Source: an uncultured archaeon (GTDB lineage Archaea; Thermoproteota; Nitrososphaeria; Nitrososphaerales; Gagatemarchaeaceae). From it: a stretch of 64,000 bases of DNA. Shown here piece by piece: positions 50,410 to 59,087 of this stretch. The stretch lies in NCBI GenBank assembly GCA_963817525.1, contig CAWFOU010000008.1, positions 1 to 64,000 on the forward strand. The letters are read 5' to 3'. Under the pieces are notes generated by a model. The model was not told where the DNA came from, searched no databases, and worked only from the letters and a program-made list of their open reading frames with translations. The position numbers were made by a program, and so were the translations under genes. Within the stretch, counting starts at the first letter, position 1, and every line of letters begins with the position of its first letter.

Positions 50410-51093
50410 TTAGACGGTCAGCGAAGGCTTTTCCTTCTTCGCCTTGTTCCAGTCGTCGAGGAAGCGCTTGAGGCCGATGTCGGTCAGCGGGTGCAGGAAC
50501 ATCTTCTCCATGACGTCAGCAGGCATCGTGCCGATGTCAGCCCCCAGCTTGGCGGCCTCGAGCACGTGGATCGGGTGTCTGATGCTGGCCACTAGGATCT
50601 CGGTCTTGAACTTGTACGTCGGGCTGTTCTTTATCTCGACGAGGTCACTGATCAAGGCCATACCGTCTTGGCCGATGTCGTCCAGCCTGCCGATGAACGG
50701 GCTGATGTAGGACGCTCCGGCCTTCATGGCGATTAGCCCCTGGACGGCTGAGAAGATCAGCGTCACGTTGATCGGTATTCCCAGCGAGCTGAGGGTCTTC
50801 GTCGCCTTCATCCCCTCGGGGATCATCGGGATCTTTACGACCACGTTCTCCGCCCAGGACTTGTTGCGCTTGCCCTCCGCCACCATTCCATCGTAGTCGG
50901 TGGAGATGACCTCGGCGCTCACCGGGTGGGGGTAGACCTCCTTGGCGATGGCCTTGATGGTCTCCTCGAAGTCGGCGCCTTCCTTGACGATCAGCGAGGG
51001 GTTGGTCGTGATGCCGTCGACGAGGCCCATCGCGTTGTACTTCTTGATCGAAGCAAGGTTCGCAGTGTCGAGATAGAACTTCAATTCGAGCAC
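50410..51093 (-). CDS. tal: Transaldolase (FSA/TalC family)
   Basis: YLDTAN, GITTNPSL, VVKIP, NVTLIFS, SPFIGRLDD. Confidence 0.93.
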   Translation of the reverse strand: MLELKFYLDTANLASIKKYNAMGLVDGITTNPSLIVKEGADFEETIKAIAKEVYPHPVSAEVISTDYDGMVAEGKRNKSWAENVVVKIPMIPEGMKATKTLSSLGIPINVTLIFSAVQGLIAMKAGASYISPFIGRLDDIGQDGMALISDLVEIKNSPTYKFKTEILVASIRHPIHVLEAAKLGADIGTMPADVMEKMFLHPLTDIGLKRFLDDWNKAKKEKPSLTV

Positions 51094-51131
51094 ACTTCCC
51101 AGATTTTTCTAATAAAGCTATCGGCGTTCGG

Positions 51132-52091
51132 CTACCGCTTCATCGCGATGGCCTGTCGGGCGGCTTCCTCGATGTGGGCGGCTGTAAGGCCGTACTTGTT
51201 GAGGAGCTCCTGGGCCTCGCCGCTCTCGCCGAAGGTGTCGTTGACGCCCACCCTCTTGAGAGGTATCGGATACTGGTCGGTTAGGACCTCTGCGACAGCG
51301 GAGCCCATCCCTCCCATGACGTTGTGCTCCTCCGCGCTGACCGCCGCGCCGCACTTTCTCGCGTATTTTAGTATCGTCTCTTGGTCGATCGGCTTTACCG
51401 TGTGGATGTCGATCACGCTCGCCTGGATGCCCTTGGTCGCCAGCGACTCTGCCGCCCTCACCGCTTCCGGGAGCATTATGCCGCAGCCGAAGAGCGCGAC
51501 GTCGCTCCCCTCCCTGACGACGTTGGCCTGGCCTAGCTTGTACTCGAAGCCGCCCTCGTAGACGATGGGGGTGTTGGAGCCCTTGATCACTCCCCTGGTT
51601 ATCCTGACGTAGAACGGGCCGGGGATGTCCGCGATGGCCTTGATTATCGCTTTGACCGCGACGGCGTCCCCAGGGACGACGACGCGCATGTGGGGCACCA
51701 CCCTCATGAGGGCGATGTCCTCGACCTGCTCGTGCGAGCCTCCGTCAGGCCCGACGGTGATCCCTGCGTGAGAGCAAACCAGCTTGACGTCGAGGTCGGC
51801 ATAGCAAAGCATGTTTCGTATCTGGTCGACGCACTTGCCGGGAATGAAGATCGCGTAGGTCCCCGCGAAGGCGACCTTCCCCCCGAACGCGAGGCCCGCG
51901 GCCACACCGACGAGGTTCTGCTCGGCGATCCCGAGGTTGAAGAACCGGTCTGGGTACTTGGCCCCGAACATCCCCGACTTCATGGACTCTGTGGTGTCCG
52001 CTCCGAGCACGACGATGCGAGGGTTGCTCGCTCCTAGCTCTACCAGCGCTTCGCCGTAGGCGTTGCGCATCGCTCCCATCTTCTCTAGCAT
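51132..52091 (-). CDS. Transketolase, C-terminal subunit
   Basis: GIAEQN, GPDGGSHE, AEEHNVMGGMG. Confidence 0.93.
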   Translation of the reverse strand: MLEKMGAMRNAYGEALVELGASNPRIVVLGADTTESMKSGMFGAKYPDRFFNLGIAEQNLVGVAAGLAFGGKVAFAGTYAIFIPGKCVDQIRNMLCYADLDVKLVCSHAGITVGPDGGSHEQVEDIALMRVVPHMRVVVPGDAVAVKAIIKAIADIPGPFYVRITRGVIKGSNTPIVYEGGFEYKLGQANVVREGSDVALFGCGIMLPEAVRAAESLATKGIQASVIDIHTVKPIDQETILKYARKCGAAVSAEEHNVMGGMGSAVAEVLTDQYPIPLKRVGVNDTFGESGEAQELLNKYGLTAAHIEEAARQAIAMKR

Positions 52092-52092
52092 C

Positions 52093-52815
52093 TTAAATCG
52101 CCCTCCCTCCGGCTTCCTGTCTGGCCTTTTCCCTGAGTAACCCGACCGCCTTTATCGGGTCGGGCTTGTAGTAGACTCCTGCTCCCGCGACCAGCACGTT
52201 ACCGCCGCGCTTCACCACGTGCCCCAGGGTCTCCAGCTCGACCCCGCCGTCTATCTCGATGTCGATGGGGAGGCCCTTGTCGTTGAGCATCTGGGTTATC
52301 TTCTCGAGCTTGGGCAGGACCTCCATTATCATGGTCTGCCCGCTGAAGCCCGGGTTGACGGTCATCACGCACAGCGTGTCGAGCTTGTCCAGCCTCTGCT
52401 CGACCCAAGCTGGCATGTCGGTGGCGGGTTTGAGGGCGAGCCCCATCACCTTGCCCTTCGCGTGGACCTTGGAGTAGATCGCGTCGAAGCGCTCGCCCGT
52501 GAGCGCCTCCGCGTGGAAGCAGAAAAGGTCCGAGCCGGCGTCCAGGAACTTGTCGACGAACTTCTCCGGCTCGTCGATCATCAGGTGGGTGTCGAACTTC
52601 ATGTCGGTCTTCTTCCTCAGGGCCTTTACCGTGCCAGGCCCGAAGGTGATGTTGGGCGCGAAGTGGCCGTCAATCACGTCGAGGTGCACCTGGTCAGCCC
52701 CGCCCTTGACCGCGACCTCGAGCGCGGCAGCGAAGTTGGACTGGTCCCCGCCCAGGATGGAGGGGGCAATCTTGATCTTCCGCTTTATCGTCTCGAGTGG
52801 CATCGTCTTTTCCAC
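52093..52815 (-). CDS. rpe: Ribulose-phosphate 3-epimerase
   Basis: IAPSIL, HLDVIDGHFAPNITFG, DTHLMI, MTVNPGFSGQ, EIDGGV. Confidence 0.95.
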   Translation of the reverse strand: MEKTMPLETIKRKIKIAPSILGGDQSNFAAALEVAVKGGADQVHLDVIDGHFAPNITFGPGTVKALRKKTDMKFDTHLMIDEPEKFVDKFLDAGSDLFCFHAEALTGERFDAIYSKVHAKGKVMGLALKPATDMPAWVEQRLDKLDTLCVMTVNPGFSGQTMIMEVLPKLEKITQMLNDKGLPIDIEIDGGVELETLGHVVKRGGNVLVAGAGVYYKPDPIKAVGLLREKARQEAGGRAI

Positions 52816-53640
52816 CTACTTCAGCTCCTTGTAGATGTCTTCCATCTTTTCCTTGGTGGGCGCCGTGCCGTGGTAGGTGGGCGACCACTCCATGAAAGAG
52901 ATGCCCTTGCCCTTTACGGTGTGGGCGATGATCATCGTGGGCCTGTTCTTCACCATCTCCGCCGTGTCGAAGGCCTCTATCAGCTGCAGATAGTCGTAGC
53001 CGTCGACCTCTATGACGTTCCAGTTGAAGGCGCGCCACTTGGCCGCAAGCGGCTCGAGAGGCATGATCTGCTCGGTGAGGCCGTCCTGCTGGATGCCGTT
53101 CCTGTCGATCATGCCCACGAGGTTGTCGAGCTTGAACTTCGAGGCCGACATCGCAGCCTCCCAGACCTCGCCCTCGCCCTGCTCCCCGTCTCCCATCAGG
53201 ACGTAGGTCCTGGTGGGCCTCCCGTCGAGCCTCGCCGCGAGGGACTGTCCCACTCCCACGGAGAGCCCGATCCCCTCGGAGCCCGCGGGCATCTCAACCC
53301 CGGGGATGTCCATGTCTGGGTGCCCTTGGAGGAGCGCCCCGAGCTTCCTCAGGGACTTTAGTTCGGACATGGGGAAGTATCCGGCCTGCCCGAGGATAGA
53401 GTAGAGCAGCGGGGCCCCGTGTCCCTTGCTGAGGATGAACCTGTCCCTGTCAGGCCACTTTGGGTTCTTGGGGTCGTGCCTGAGCTTGTAGAAGTACAGG
53501 GTGACCAGAAGCTCCACCGCGGAGAGGGAGCCTCCCGGGTGCCCTGATCCTGCCTCCGCGAGGGTCTCCAATATCACCTTGCGGGTGTTGCGCGAGATGT
53601 CCTGAAGCCTAGTGATTTCCTGCGAAGTAGCCATTCCCAT
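52816..53640 (-). CDS. Transketolase, N-terminal subunit
   Basis: SGHPGGSLS, DRFILSKGH, GDGEQGEG...DRN (TPP motif). Confidence 0.95.
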   Translation of the reverse strand: MGMATSQEITRLQDISRNTRKVILETLAEAGSGHPGGSLSAVELLVTLYFYKLRHDPKNPKWPDRDRFILSKGHGAPLLYSILGQAGYFPMSELKSLRKLGALLQGHPDMDIPGVEMPAGSEGIGLSVGVGQSLAARLDGRPTRTYVLMGDGEQGEGEVWEAAMSASKFKLDNLVGMIDRNGIQQDGLTEQIMPLEPLAAKWRAFNWNVIEVDGYDYLQLIEAFDTAEMVKNRPTMIIAHTVKGKGISFMEWSPTYHGTAPTKEKMEDIYKELK

Positions 53641-53642
53641 CT

Positions 53643-54689
53643 CTATCGCCTCACCGGCATCTGGGAGACGCGGCTGAGGAAGTCACCCATCGACTCTAGC
53701 CGTTTTTCCAAGTCCTCTATCGTCAGCGTCGACGTCCTGGGCTTCTCGCTCCGGACCGTCCCCGCGATGTTGCTGAGGCAGGCGGCCTCCGTCGCCGTGC
53801 CCCCTGCGGCCACCGCGAGGGAGAAGACCCCGGTCATAACGTCCCTCACGCCGACCTTGTTGAAGAAGCTCTTCCTGCCGAATGGGAGCGGAAGCGTGGT
53901 TATCTGGTCGCGGTCGAAGACGGTCATCCCCTCCTCTCCGCGCGTGATCACGATCCCCTTGCAATCGAGCCTCCCCAAGAGGTTCACGCCCATGTTCCTG
54001 AGGCTGGTCTCGTTCACCATCGCCATCTGGGTGGCGTGGGTGGCCTCGCTGAGGTTCGACTTTAGGTAAGTCACGCCGCTGTAGTCCATGTAGTGCCTGT
54101 CCTTCGGCTGGGCGACCACGATCTTGCCCGCCTTCCTGGCGGCCGCGACCACGGAGCTGATTAGCGAGGAGGTGACGACTCCCCTGTCGTAGTCCGAAAA
54201 GACCACCGTGTCCACGTTGGGGATCTTTCCCTCGGCCGCCGTGGCCAGGGACTTCGTTATCGGGAGCGCGACCTCCTTCCTGACCTCCTGGTCGATGCGC
54301 AGATAGTGCAGCCTGTTGACCATGATCCACGTACGGAGAGAGCTGGGCCTGGTCTTGTCGACCACGATCCCCTCCACGCTGACCCCGTTCCTTGCGAGGT
54401 CATCCTTCAGCCAGACGCCATAGTTGTCGTCGCCGACCATCCCTATGACGGAGACCTGCCCGCCGAGCGACGCGACCTCGTTGGCCAGGTTGGCAGCCCC
54501 GCCGGGGAGAAGCGTCTCGCCGACATAGTCTGCCGCAGGCACAGGGGCTTCTCGCGCGAGCTTCCTCGCCGAGACCTCCACGAACCTGCTCACGAGGAAG
54601 TCGCCGAGGACTAGCATGCGGCTGCCTTGGAATTTCTTGAGGAGTCCGTTCAATCCTTCATAGGAAAGACCCGGCAAGTCCTGAACCAC
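53643..54689 (-). CDS. PfkB/ribokinase-family kinase, HldE(RfaE) kinase-domain-like
   Basis: LVLGD, REAPVP, PGGAANLA, LRIDQE, SDYDRG, ITRGEEGM; anion-hole motif is KVGVRD instead of GAGD. Confidence 0.85.
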   Translation of the reverse strand: MVQDLPGLSYEGLNGLLKKFQGSRMLVLGDFLVSRFVEVSARKLAREAPVPAADYVGETLLPGGAANLANEVASLGGQVSVIGMVGDDNYGVWLKDDLARNGVSVEGIVVDKTRPSSLRTWIMVNRLHYLRIDQEVRKEVALPITKSLATAAEGKIPNVDTVVFSDYDRGVVTSSLISSVVAAARKAGKIVVAQPKDRHYMDYSGVTYLKSNLSEATHATQMAMVNETSLRNMGVNLLGRLDCKGIVITRGEEGMTVFDRDQITTLPLPFGRKSFFNKVGVRDVMTGVFSLAVAAGGTATEAACLSNIAGTVRSEKPRTSTLTIEDLEKRLESMGDFLSRVSQMPVRR

Positions 54690-54878
54690 GGGGCGCCAAA
54701 TTGCAGGCCTGTTTTAAGCTTAACGAAGCGGAGCCCTGCCAGCCGCGTCCCTCCGCGGGACTCTGTCTTTTTTTGGCCCGCTGAATTGGTTCGACTGCTG
54801 TCGTTTGTCGGACGTTTCAAATCGCTTCACGACGATGAAAACATAAATAACCTATGACGCGACGAAAAAAGGGTTTAC
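54690..54878. promoter_or_regulatory. Divergent promoter region between the kinase/tkt/rpe/tal operon and RuBisCO
   Basis: GAAAAC-ATAAATAA (BRE/TATA-like) about 30 bp before the ATG at 54879; TTTTAAGCTTTAA about 25-30 bp before the start at 54689. Confidence 0.55.
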
Positions 54879-56306
54879 ATGACAACAGAAGCCATGGTTG
54901 AAAGGAGATGGAGCGCCCCGAGCGTAGAGCACGACAGAGGGGACATATTCTCCACCACTCCCGACAAGGTAGACGTCGACAAGAACGTTCTGGCGACATT
55001 TTTCATCACGTGCGACCCTAGGGTCACCATCGACCAGGCCGGAGTCATCATCGCGGCGGAGCAGTCCGTAGGCACGTTCACGGACGTCTCTACGGCGACG
55101 GACCTCTCCACGAAGACAGCGGCCAAGATGTACTCTTACAAGTACGAAGACCCGTCAGGCGCGATGAAGCACTCGGGCTGGGTCAAGGTCGCGTTCCCGA
55201 CCTTCCTCCTCGACCTGGACAACAGGGGGATCCCCGACCTGTTCACCTTCGTGACAGGAAACTGGATGGGTTTCACCCCGATTCCAAACTGCAAGTGGAT
55301 AGATTTCACCCTCCCCAAGGACGTCTTGAAGCTCTTCAAAGGGCCAAAGTTTGGCGTCGAGGGCCTGAGGGAGATCGTCGGCACAACGAAGAGCCGGCGC
55401 CCCCACGTGGGGATCACAATCAAGCCCAAGATGGGCGTGACCGACCAGGGAGCAGCCCAGCAGTTCTACGACGCAGCGATGGGCGGCGTCGACACCTTCA
55501 AGGACGATGAGACCTACTTCAACCAATGGTGCTCGCCGCTCCTCGACAGGGTCGCCAAGGTCTACGAGGCGCTCGACAAAGCCAAGTCGGAGGGCGCCCA
55601 CCCAGGGGGCGAGTACATGTACGCGCCTCAGGTCACGGTGGACTCTGAAAAGTCGCTCGAGGTCGCGGACAAGATGATCGCGCACGGTGCCAGGGGCCTG
55701 ATGCTCAACATCATGGCGGCCTGGTACCCCGCGCTAAGGGCCCTCGCGGAGGACCCGAGCATCAACGTCCCGATCCACCTCCACAGGGCGTCGCACGCCT
55801 CCCTCACCCGCCACCCGAGGCATGGGATCAGCTTCAAGGTCATCGCCGGGCTGGGCAGGGTCGCTGGCGGGGACATGATCCACGTAGGGACCGCCAGAGG
55901 CAAGCTGGGAGACGCGATAAAGTTCGTCGAGATCCCCGAGATCATGGACGAGATGCAGCGCCCGAACGGGCACCTAAAGCCCATGATGGGCGTCGCCTCG
56001 GGAGGGCTCACGCCGAACAACTACCATTACTCCATAGACTTGATGGGCTTGGACATCCAGCTCCAGAACGGGGGCGCGGTCCACGGGCACCCGTGGGGCA
56101 CCAAGGCGGGCGCTACCGCTGCTAGGCAGGCAGTCGATGCGTACATGAAGAAGATCCCCCTTGAGGAGTACGCCAAGACCCACGCAGAGCTAGAGGCCTC
56201 TCTCCAGTTCTTCGGGCAAAAGTACGCCGTCGCGTCCGCGATGACCGTCGTACCAGAGCTCGGCAAGAAGGAGAGCGACTATAAGCACATGTTCCGCTCG
56301 GAGTAG
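54879..56306 (+). CDS. rbcL: RuBisCO large subunit, form III-like, catalytic residues intact
   Basis: AAEQSVGT (E60/T65), GN (N123), IKPK (K175/K177), FKDDE (K201/D203/E204), HR (H294/R295), HVGT..GKL (H327/K334), SGG, GGAVHGHP. Confidence 0.92.
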   Translation: MTTEAMVERRWSAPSVEHDRGDIFSTTPDKVDVDKNVLATFFITCDPRVTIDQAGVIIAAEQSVGTFTDVSTATDLSTKTAAKMYSYKYEDPSGAMKHSGWVKVAFPTFLLDLDNRGIPDLFTFVTGNWMGFTPIPNCKWIDFTLPKDVLKLFKGPKFGVEGLREIVGTTKSRRPHVGITIKPKMGVTDQGAAQQFYDAAMGGVDTFKDDETYFNQWCSPLLDRVAKVYEALDKAKSEGAHPGGEYMYAPQVTVDSEKSLEVADKMIAHGARGLMLNIMAAWYPALRALAEDPSINVPIHLHRASHASLTRHPRHGISFKVIAGLGRVAGGDMIHVGTARGKLGDAIKFVEIPEIMDEMQRPNGHLKPMMGVASGGLTPNNYHYSIDLMGLDIQLQNGGAVHGHPWGTKAGATAARQAVDAYMKKIPLEEYAKTHAELEASLQFFGQKYAVASAMTVVPELGKKESDYKHMFRSE

Positions 56307-56322
56307 AAAAGGGGCGATAAGA

Positions 56323-56493
56323 ATGAAGAACCACACAAAGGGCGACATCTTCTGCGAGTGCGGCGCGTGCCCCCACGACAACGCGCTCCAGTGCGCGGAC
56401 TATGGGTGCACCTGCTGCATCGCGGGGATGTCGGGCAAGCCGTACGAGCTCCACTACCTCAAGAGCGTCGGCCCGCCCGCCACCAACTTCTGA
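56323..56493 (+). CDS. Small Cys-rich protein (56 aa), missing from the ORF track
   Basis: MKNHTKGDIFCECGACPHDNALQCADYGCTCCIAGMSGKPYELHYLKSVGPPATNF; 16 bp after the rbcL stop, AGGGG upstream, strong GC3 bias. Confidence 0.75.
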   Translation: MKNHTKGDIFCECGACPHDNALQCADYGCTCCIAGMSGKPYELHYLKSVGPPATNF

Positions 56494-56679
56494 GACGTAC
56501 CGAATCGGGCCCAGTCTGGGCTCTCCTTCTCCATTTTTTAGAATCCCAATCAGATGCCGTGCTGGACCTTCGTAGAAAGTCGCCTGCTTTGCAAAGCCAC
56601 CGAAGGCGGTCGCACACGGGACAGAGCCCCGGCTACGGGCTGAGAAACAGGTGCGCCTGCTTCGGCTGCGAGGGGGGCG

Positions 56680-57573
56680 CTACTTCTTCTTGATCGCTTC
56701 CGCGATGACCGGCGCCACGCTCACGAAGCTTATCGGCCCCGCGAAGGTGTCGGTCCCTACCACGCCCTCTATGTTGTTGCTGTACATCAGTGGGAGGGCG
56801 TTGAGGCTGAGCACTGGGTGGGTGCACCCCACGTAGATCTTGCGAGCCCCCGCCTTCTTGACGAGGTTCGCTGCCTCCACGATGGTGTTGCCCGTGCTGA
56901 TGATGTCGTCGATGATTATGGCGTCCCTGCCCTTGACGTTGACGCCTTCGCCGCCCCTGACCTTGACTTTGACCTCGGTCGAGGAGAACCTCGTCTTCTG
57001 GAGGATCGCGTAGTCGGTCTTAATCTTCGCGGCGGCCACCTTCGCCCACTGCTCGGACTCGTCGTCGGGGCCGATGATTATCGCGTTCTTCGGCGTGAAT
57101 ATCCTGTTGATGTATTCGGCGATGTATGGGACCGCGGTGAGGTTGGTCGCGGGGATCTTGAACACTTCCTTGAGGGACGGGACCCTCTGGAGGTGGACGT
57201 CGATTGTGAATATCCTGCTAGGGCCTGCCTGCTCGAGGAGCTTGGCCACGAGGTGGAAGCTCAGCGGCTCTCCTGGGTGGAACCTGGCGTCTTGCCTTGC
57301 GTAGGCAAAGTACGGGATGACGACGCTTATCGACTTGGGGCTCGCGCTCTTGAACGCGTCCATGGTGAGCAGGTACTCCATGATGAGCTCGTCCGGCCTA
57401 CCCCCTAGCGGGTGGATGTAGACGATGTCCTGACCCTTTATGTCTTCTTCGATCTTGAGGTACTGCTCGCCGTCCGGGAACCTTTGTCTCTTGACCTTGC
57501 CAAGCTTCGCTCCGGTTAGGAGCGACGTCCTGACTGCTAGGGTCTCGCCTGCCGAACCTCCAAAGATTATCAT
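56680..57573 (-). CDS. prs: Ribose-phosphate pyrophosphokinase
   Basis: RFPDGE, PYFAYARQD, DVH, IIDDIISTGNT. Confidence 0.95.
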   Translation of the reverse strand: MIIFGGSAGETLAVRTSLLTGAKLGKVKRQRFPDGEQYLKIEEDIKGQDIVYIHPLGGRPDELIMEYLLTMDAFKSASPKSISVVIPYFAYARQDARFHPGEPLSFHLVAKLLEQAGPSRIFTIDVHLQRVPSLKEVFKIPATNLTAVPYIAEYINRIFTPKNAIIIGPDDESEQWAKVAAAKIKTDYAILQKTRFSSTEVKVKVRGGEGVNVKGRDAIIIDDIISTGNTIVEAANLVKKAGARKIYVGCTHPVLSLNALPLMYSNNIEGVVGTDTFAGPISFVSVAPVIAEAIKKK

Positions 57574-57589
57574 TTTTACTCGTTCTCGC

Positions 57590-58639
57590 TTAACGGGCGC
57601 CGGATTTCGCCTGGGCGCCTTCGGTGTACTGGTAGAGCTCCTTCATCAGCGAGAAGACCGCTCCGGGCGGCACGATGCCCTTCTCGGTGACGTAGAAGTC
57701 GATGTATTCCGGTGGGGTGACGTCGAAGACAGGGTTGCTGAACTTCACCTTGGGGTTGTTCGCGCTCCATTCCTTCGAGGCGATCTCCGTGTAATCCCTC
57801 TCCTCGATGTCTACCAATTCGCCGTTCAAGGTCTTGAAATCGAGCTTATAAGTTTCAGCGGCCACGATGAAGTTTACCCGCGCCTCGTGTGCCATCGTCG
57901 CGACCTGCGAGGTCCCGATCTTGTTCACCAAGGCCCCGTTCACCGCTATCGCGTCGCAGCCTACCACGGCCTTGTCGGCGTGTGCCATGTTCACCCTGCA
58001 GGCAGAGTCGCAGATGAGGGTGGTGTCGATCCCATAGGCCGCGAGGGCCGCCGCGGTCTTGTGGCCCTGGAACTTGGGCCTCGTCTCGTCGCAGAACACC
58101 TTGATGCCCTTGCCCATGTCGTAGGCCTTCTTCAGGATGCTCATGGCGGCTTCGCTGTTGCAGTGGGTGATGATGATGTCGCCGTTCTTGACCCGCCTTG
58201 CTCCTATCTCTCCGATGAGCTTTACGGCCTCCACGCTGGAGATGAGGAAGTCGTTCGCGGTGTTCACGGTCGCGTTCCTGATCTCCTCGACCGTGGCTCC
58301 CGACTCGAAGGAGGTCCTGCCTCCATAGAGCACGTAGTTCACGCCGTTGGGGAGGGAGACGGCGGTGGGCCTAGCAGACCTGAGCTTCTCACCGGCCTTT
58401 AGGACGAGGGCCCAGTATTCCCTGGAGTTCTTGGCCTTGGCCTCCTTCGCGTAGTCCCTGAGTGCCTGTGCGGCGTACCTCGCGATGCGGCCCGCACCGT
58501 GGACTCGCATGGACTTTAGGTTGTCATAGGCTTCGTCTACGGTGACTTTCTGGAATTCTTCCTTGCCTTCCTTTAGTGTCTCCACGTGAACCGTTTCGCC
58601 TTCATGGGAGCTTATATATGTATTACCCGCGAAATTCAT
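57590..58639 (-). CDS. Ribose-1,5-bisphosphate isomerase (eIF-2B family)
   Basis: GAGRIA, RPTAVSLPN, THCNS, ETRPKFQG, GCDAIAVNGALVNKIGT, NPVFDVTP. Confidence 0.88.
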   Translation of the reverse strand: MNFAGNTYISSHEGETVHVETLKEGKEEFQKVTVDEAYDNLKSMRVHGAGRIARYAAQALRDYAKEAKAKNSREYWALVLKAGEKLRSARPTAVSLPNGVNYVLYGGRTSFESGATVEEIRNATVNTANDFLISSVEAVKLIGEIGARRVKNGDIIITHCNSEAAMSILKKAYDMGKGIKVFCDETRPKFQGHKTAAALAAYGIDTTLICDSACRVNMAHADKAVVGCDAIAVNGALVNKIGTSQVATMAHEARVNFIVAAETYKLDFKTLNGELVDIEERDYTEIASKEWSANNPKVKFSNPVFDVTPPEYIDFYVTEKGIVPPGAVFSLMKELYQYTEGAQAKSGAR

Positions 58640-58688
58640 GTCTTACTCGTCGGCGAGAAAATTCGTCTGTTGTCGTCGGCCAGACGAC

Positions 58689-59087
58689 TCAGCCGAGCGA
58701 TGAGACCTTCATTTCGACCTGGTCCCGGATCTTCCGGACCTGCTCGATCGTCTTCCCCTTCGGGTCCTCTATCTCCCAGTCGACGAGCTTCTTCTGCATC
58801 TTGGCGAGCATCGGCTTGGGGCAGACCTCCTCCACCGAGCAGCCCATGGTGAAGACGTGGGTCGCATGGTTGATCATCTCGGTGGTAAGGAGCTTGGGCT
58901 TGGCCGAGGACACGTCGATCCCCTTCTCCAGCATCGCCTTGACCACGGTGGGGTTGACGGCTTCGGTGGGCATCGTCCCCGCGCTGGTCGCAATCAGGCC
59001 CCGCTTCTTCGCGAAGGCCTCTGCCATCTGGCTCCTGCCCGCGTTGTGGACGCACACGAAGAGGTAAGAGCCCTCAGACCTTGGCAT
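58689..59087 (-). CDS. arsC: Arsenate reductase, LMW-PTP type
   Basis: CVHNAGRSQMAE, TMGC...CP, DWEIEDP. Confidence 0.9.
   Translation of the reverse strand: MPRSEGSYLFVCVHNAGRSQMAEAFAKKRGLIATSAGTMPTEAVNPTVVKAMLEKGIDVSSAKPKLLTTEMINHATHVFTMGCSVEEVCPKPMLAKMQKKLVDWEIEDPKGKTIEQVRKIRDQVEMKVSSLG

Noticed and set aside
53643-54689. ADP-heptose biosynthesis gene hldE
   Set aside because: No nucleotidyltransferase domain and no gmhA, gmhB or hldD nearby; the context is pentose metabolism
54879-56306. Form IV RuBisCO-like protein for methionine salvage
   Set aside because: KDDE, K175/K177, H294/R295, H327 and loop-6 K334 equivalents are all present, and the neighbouring isomerase has R15P isomerase-type motifs
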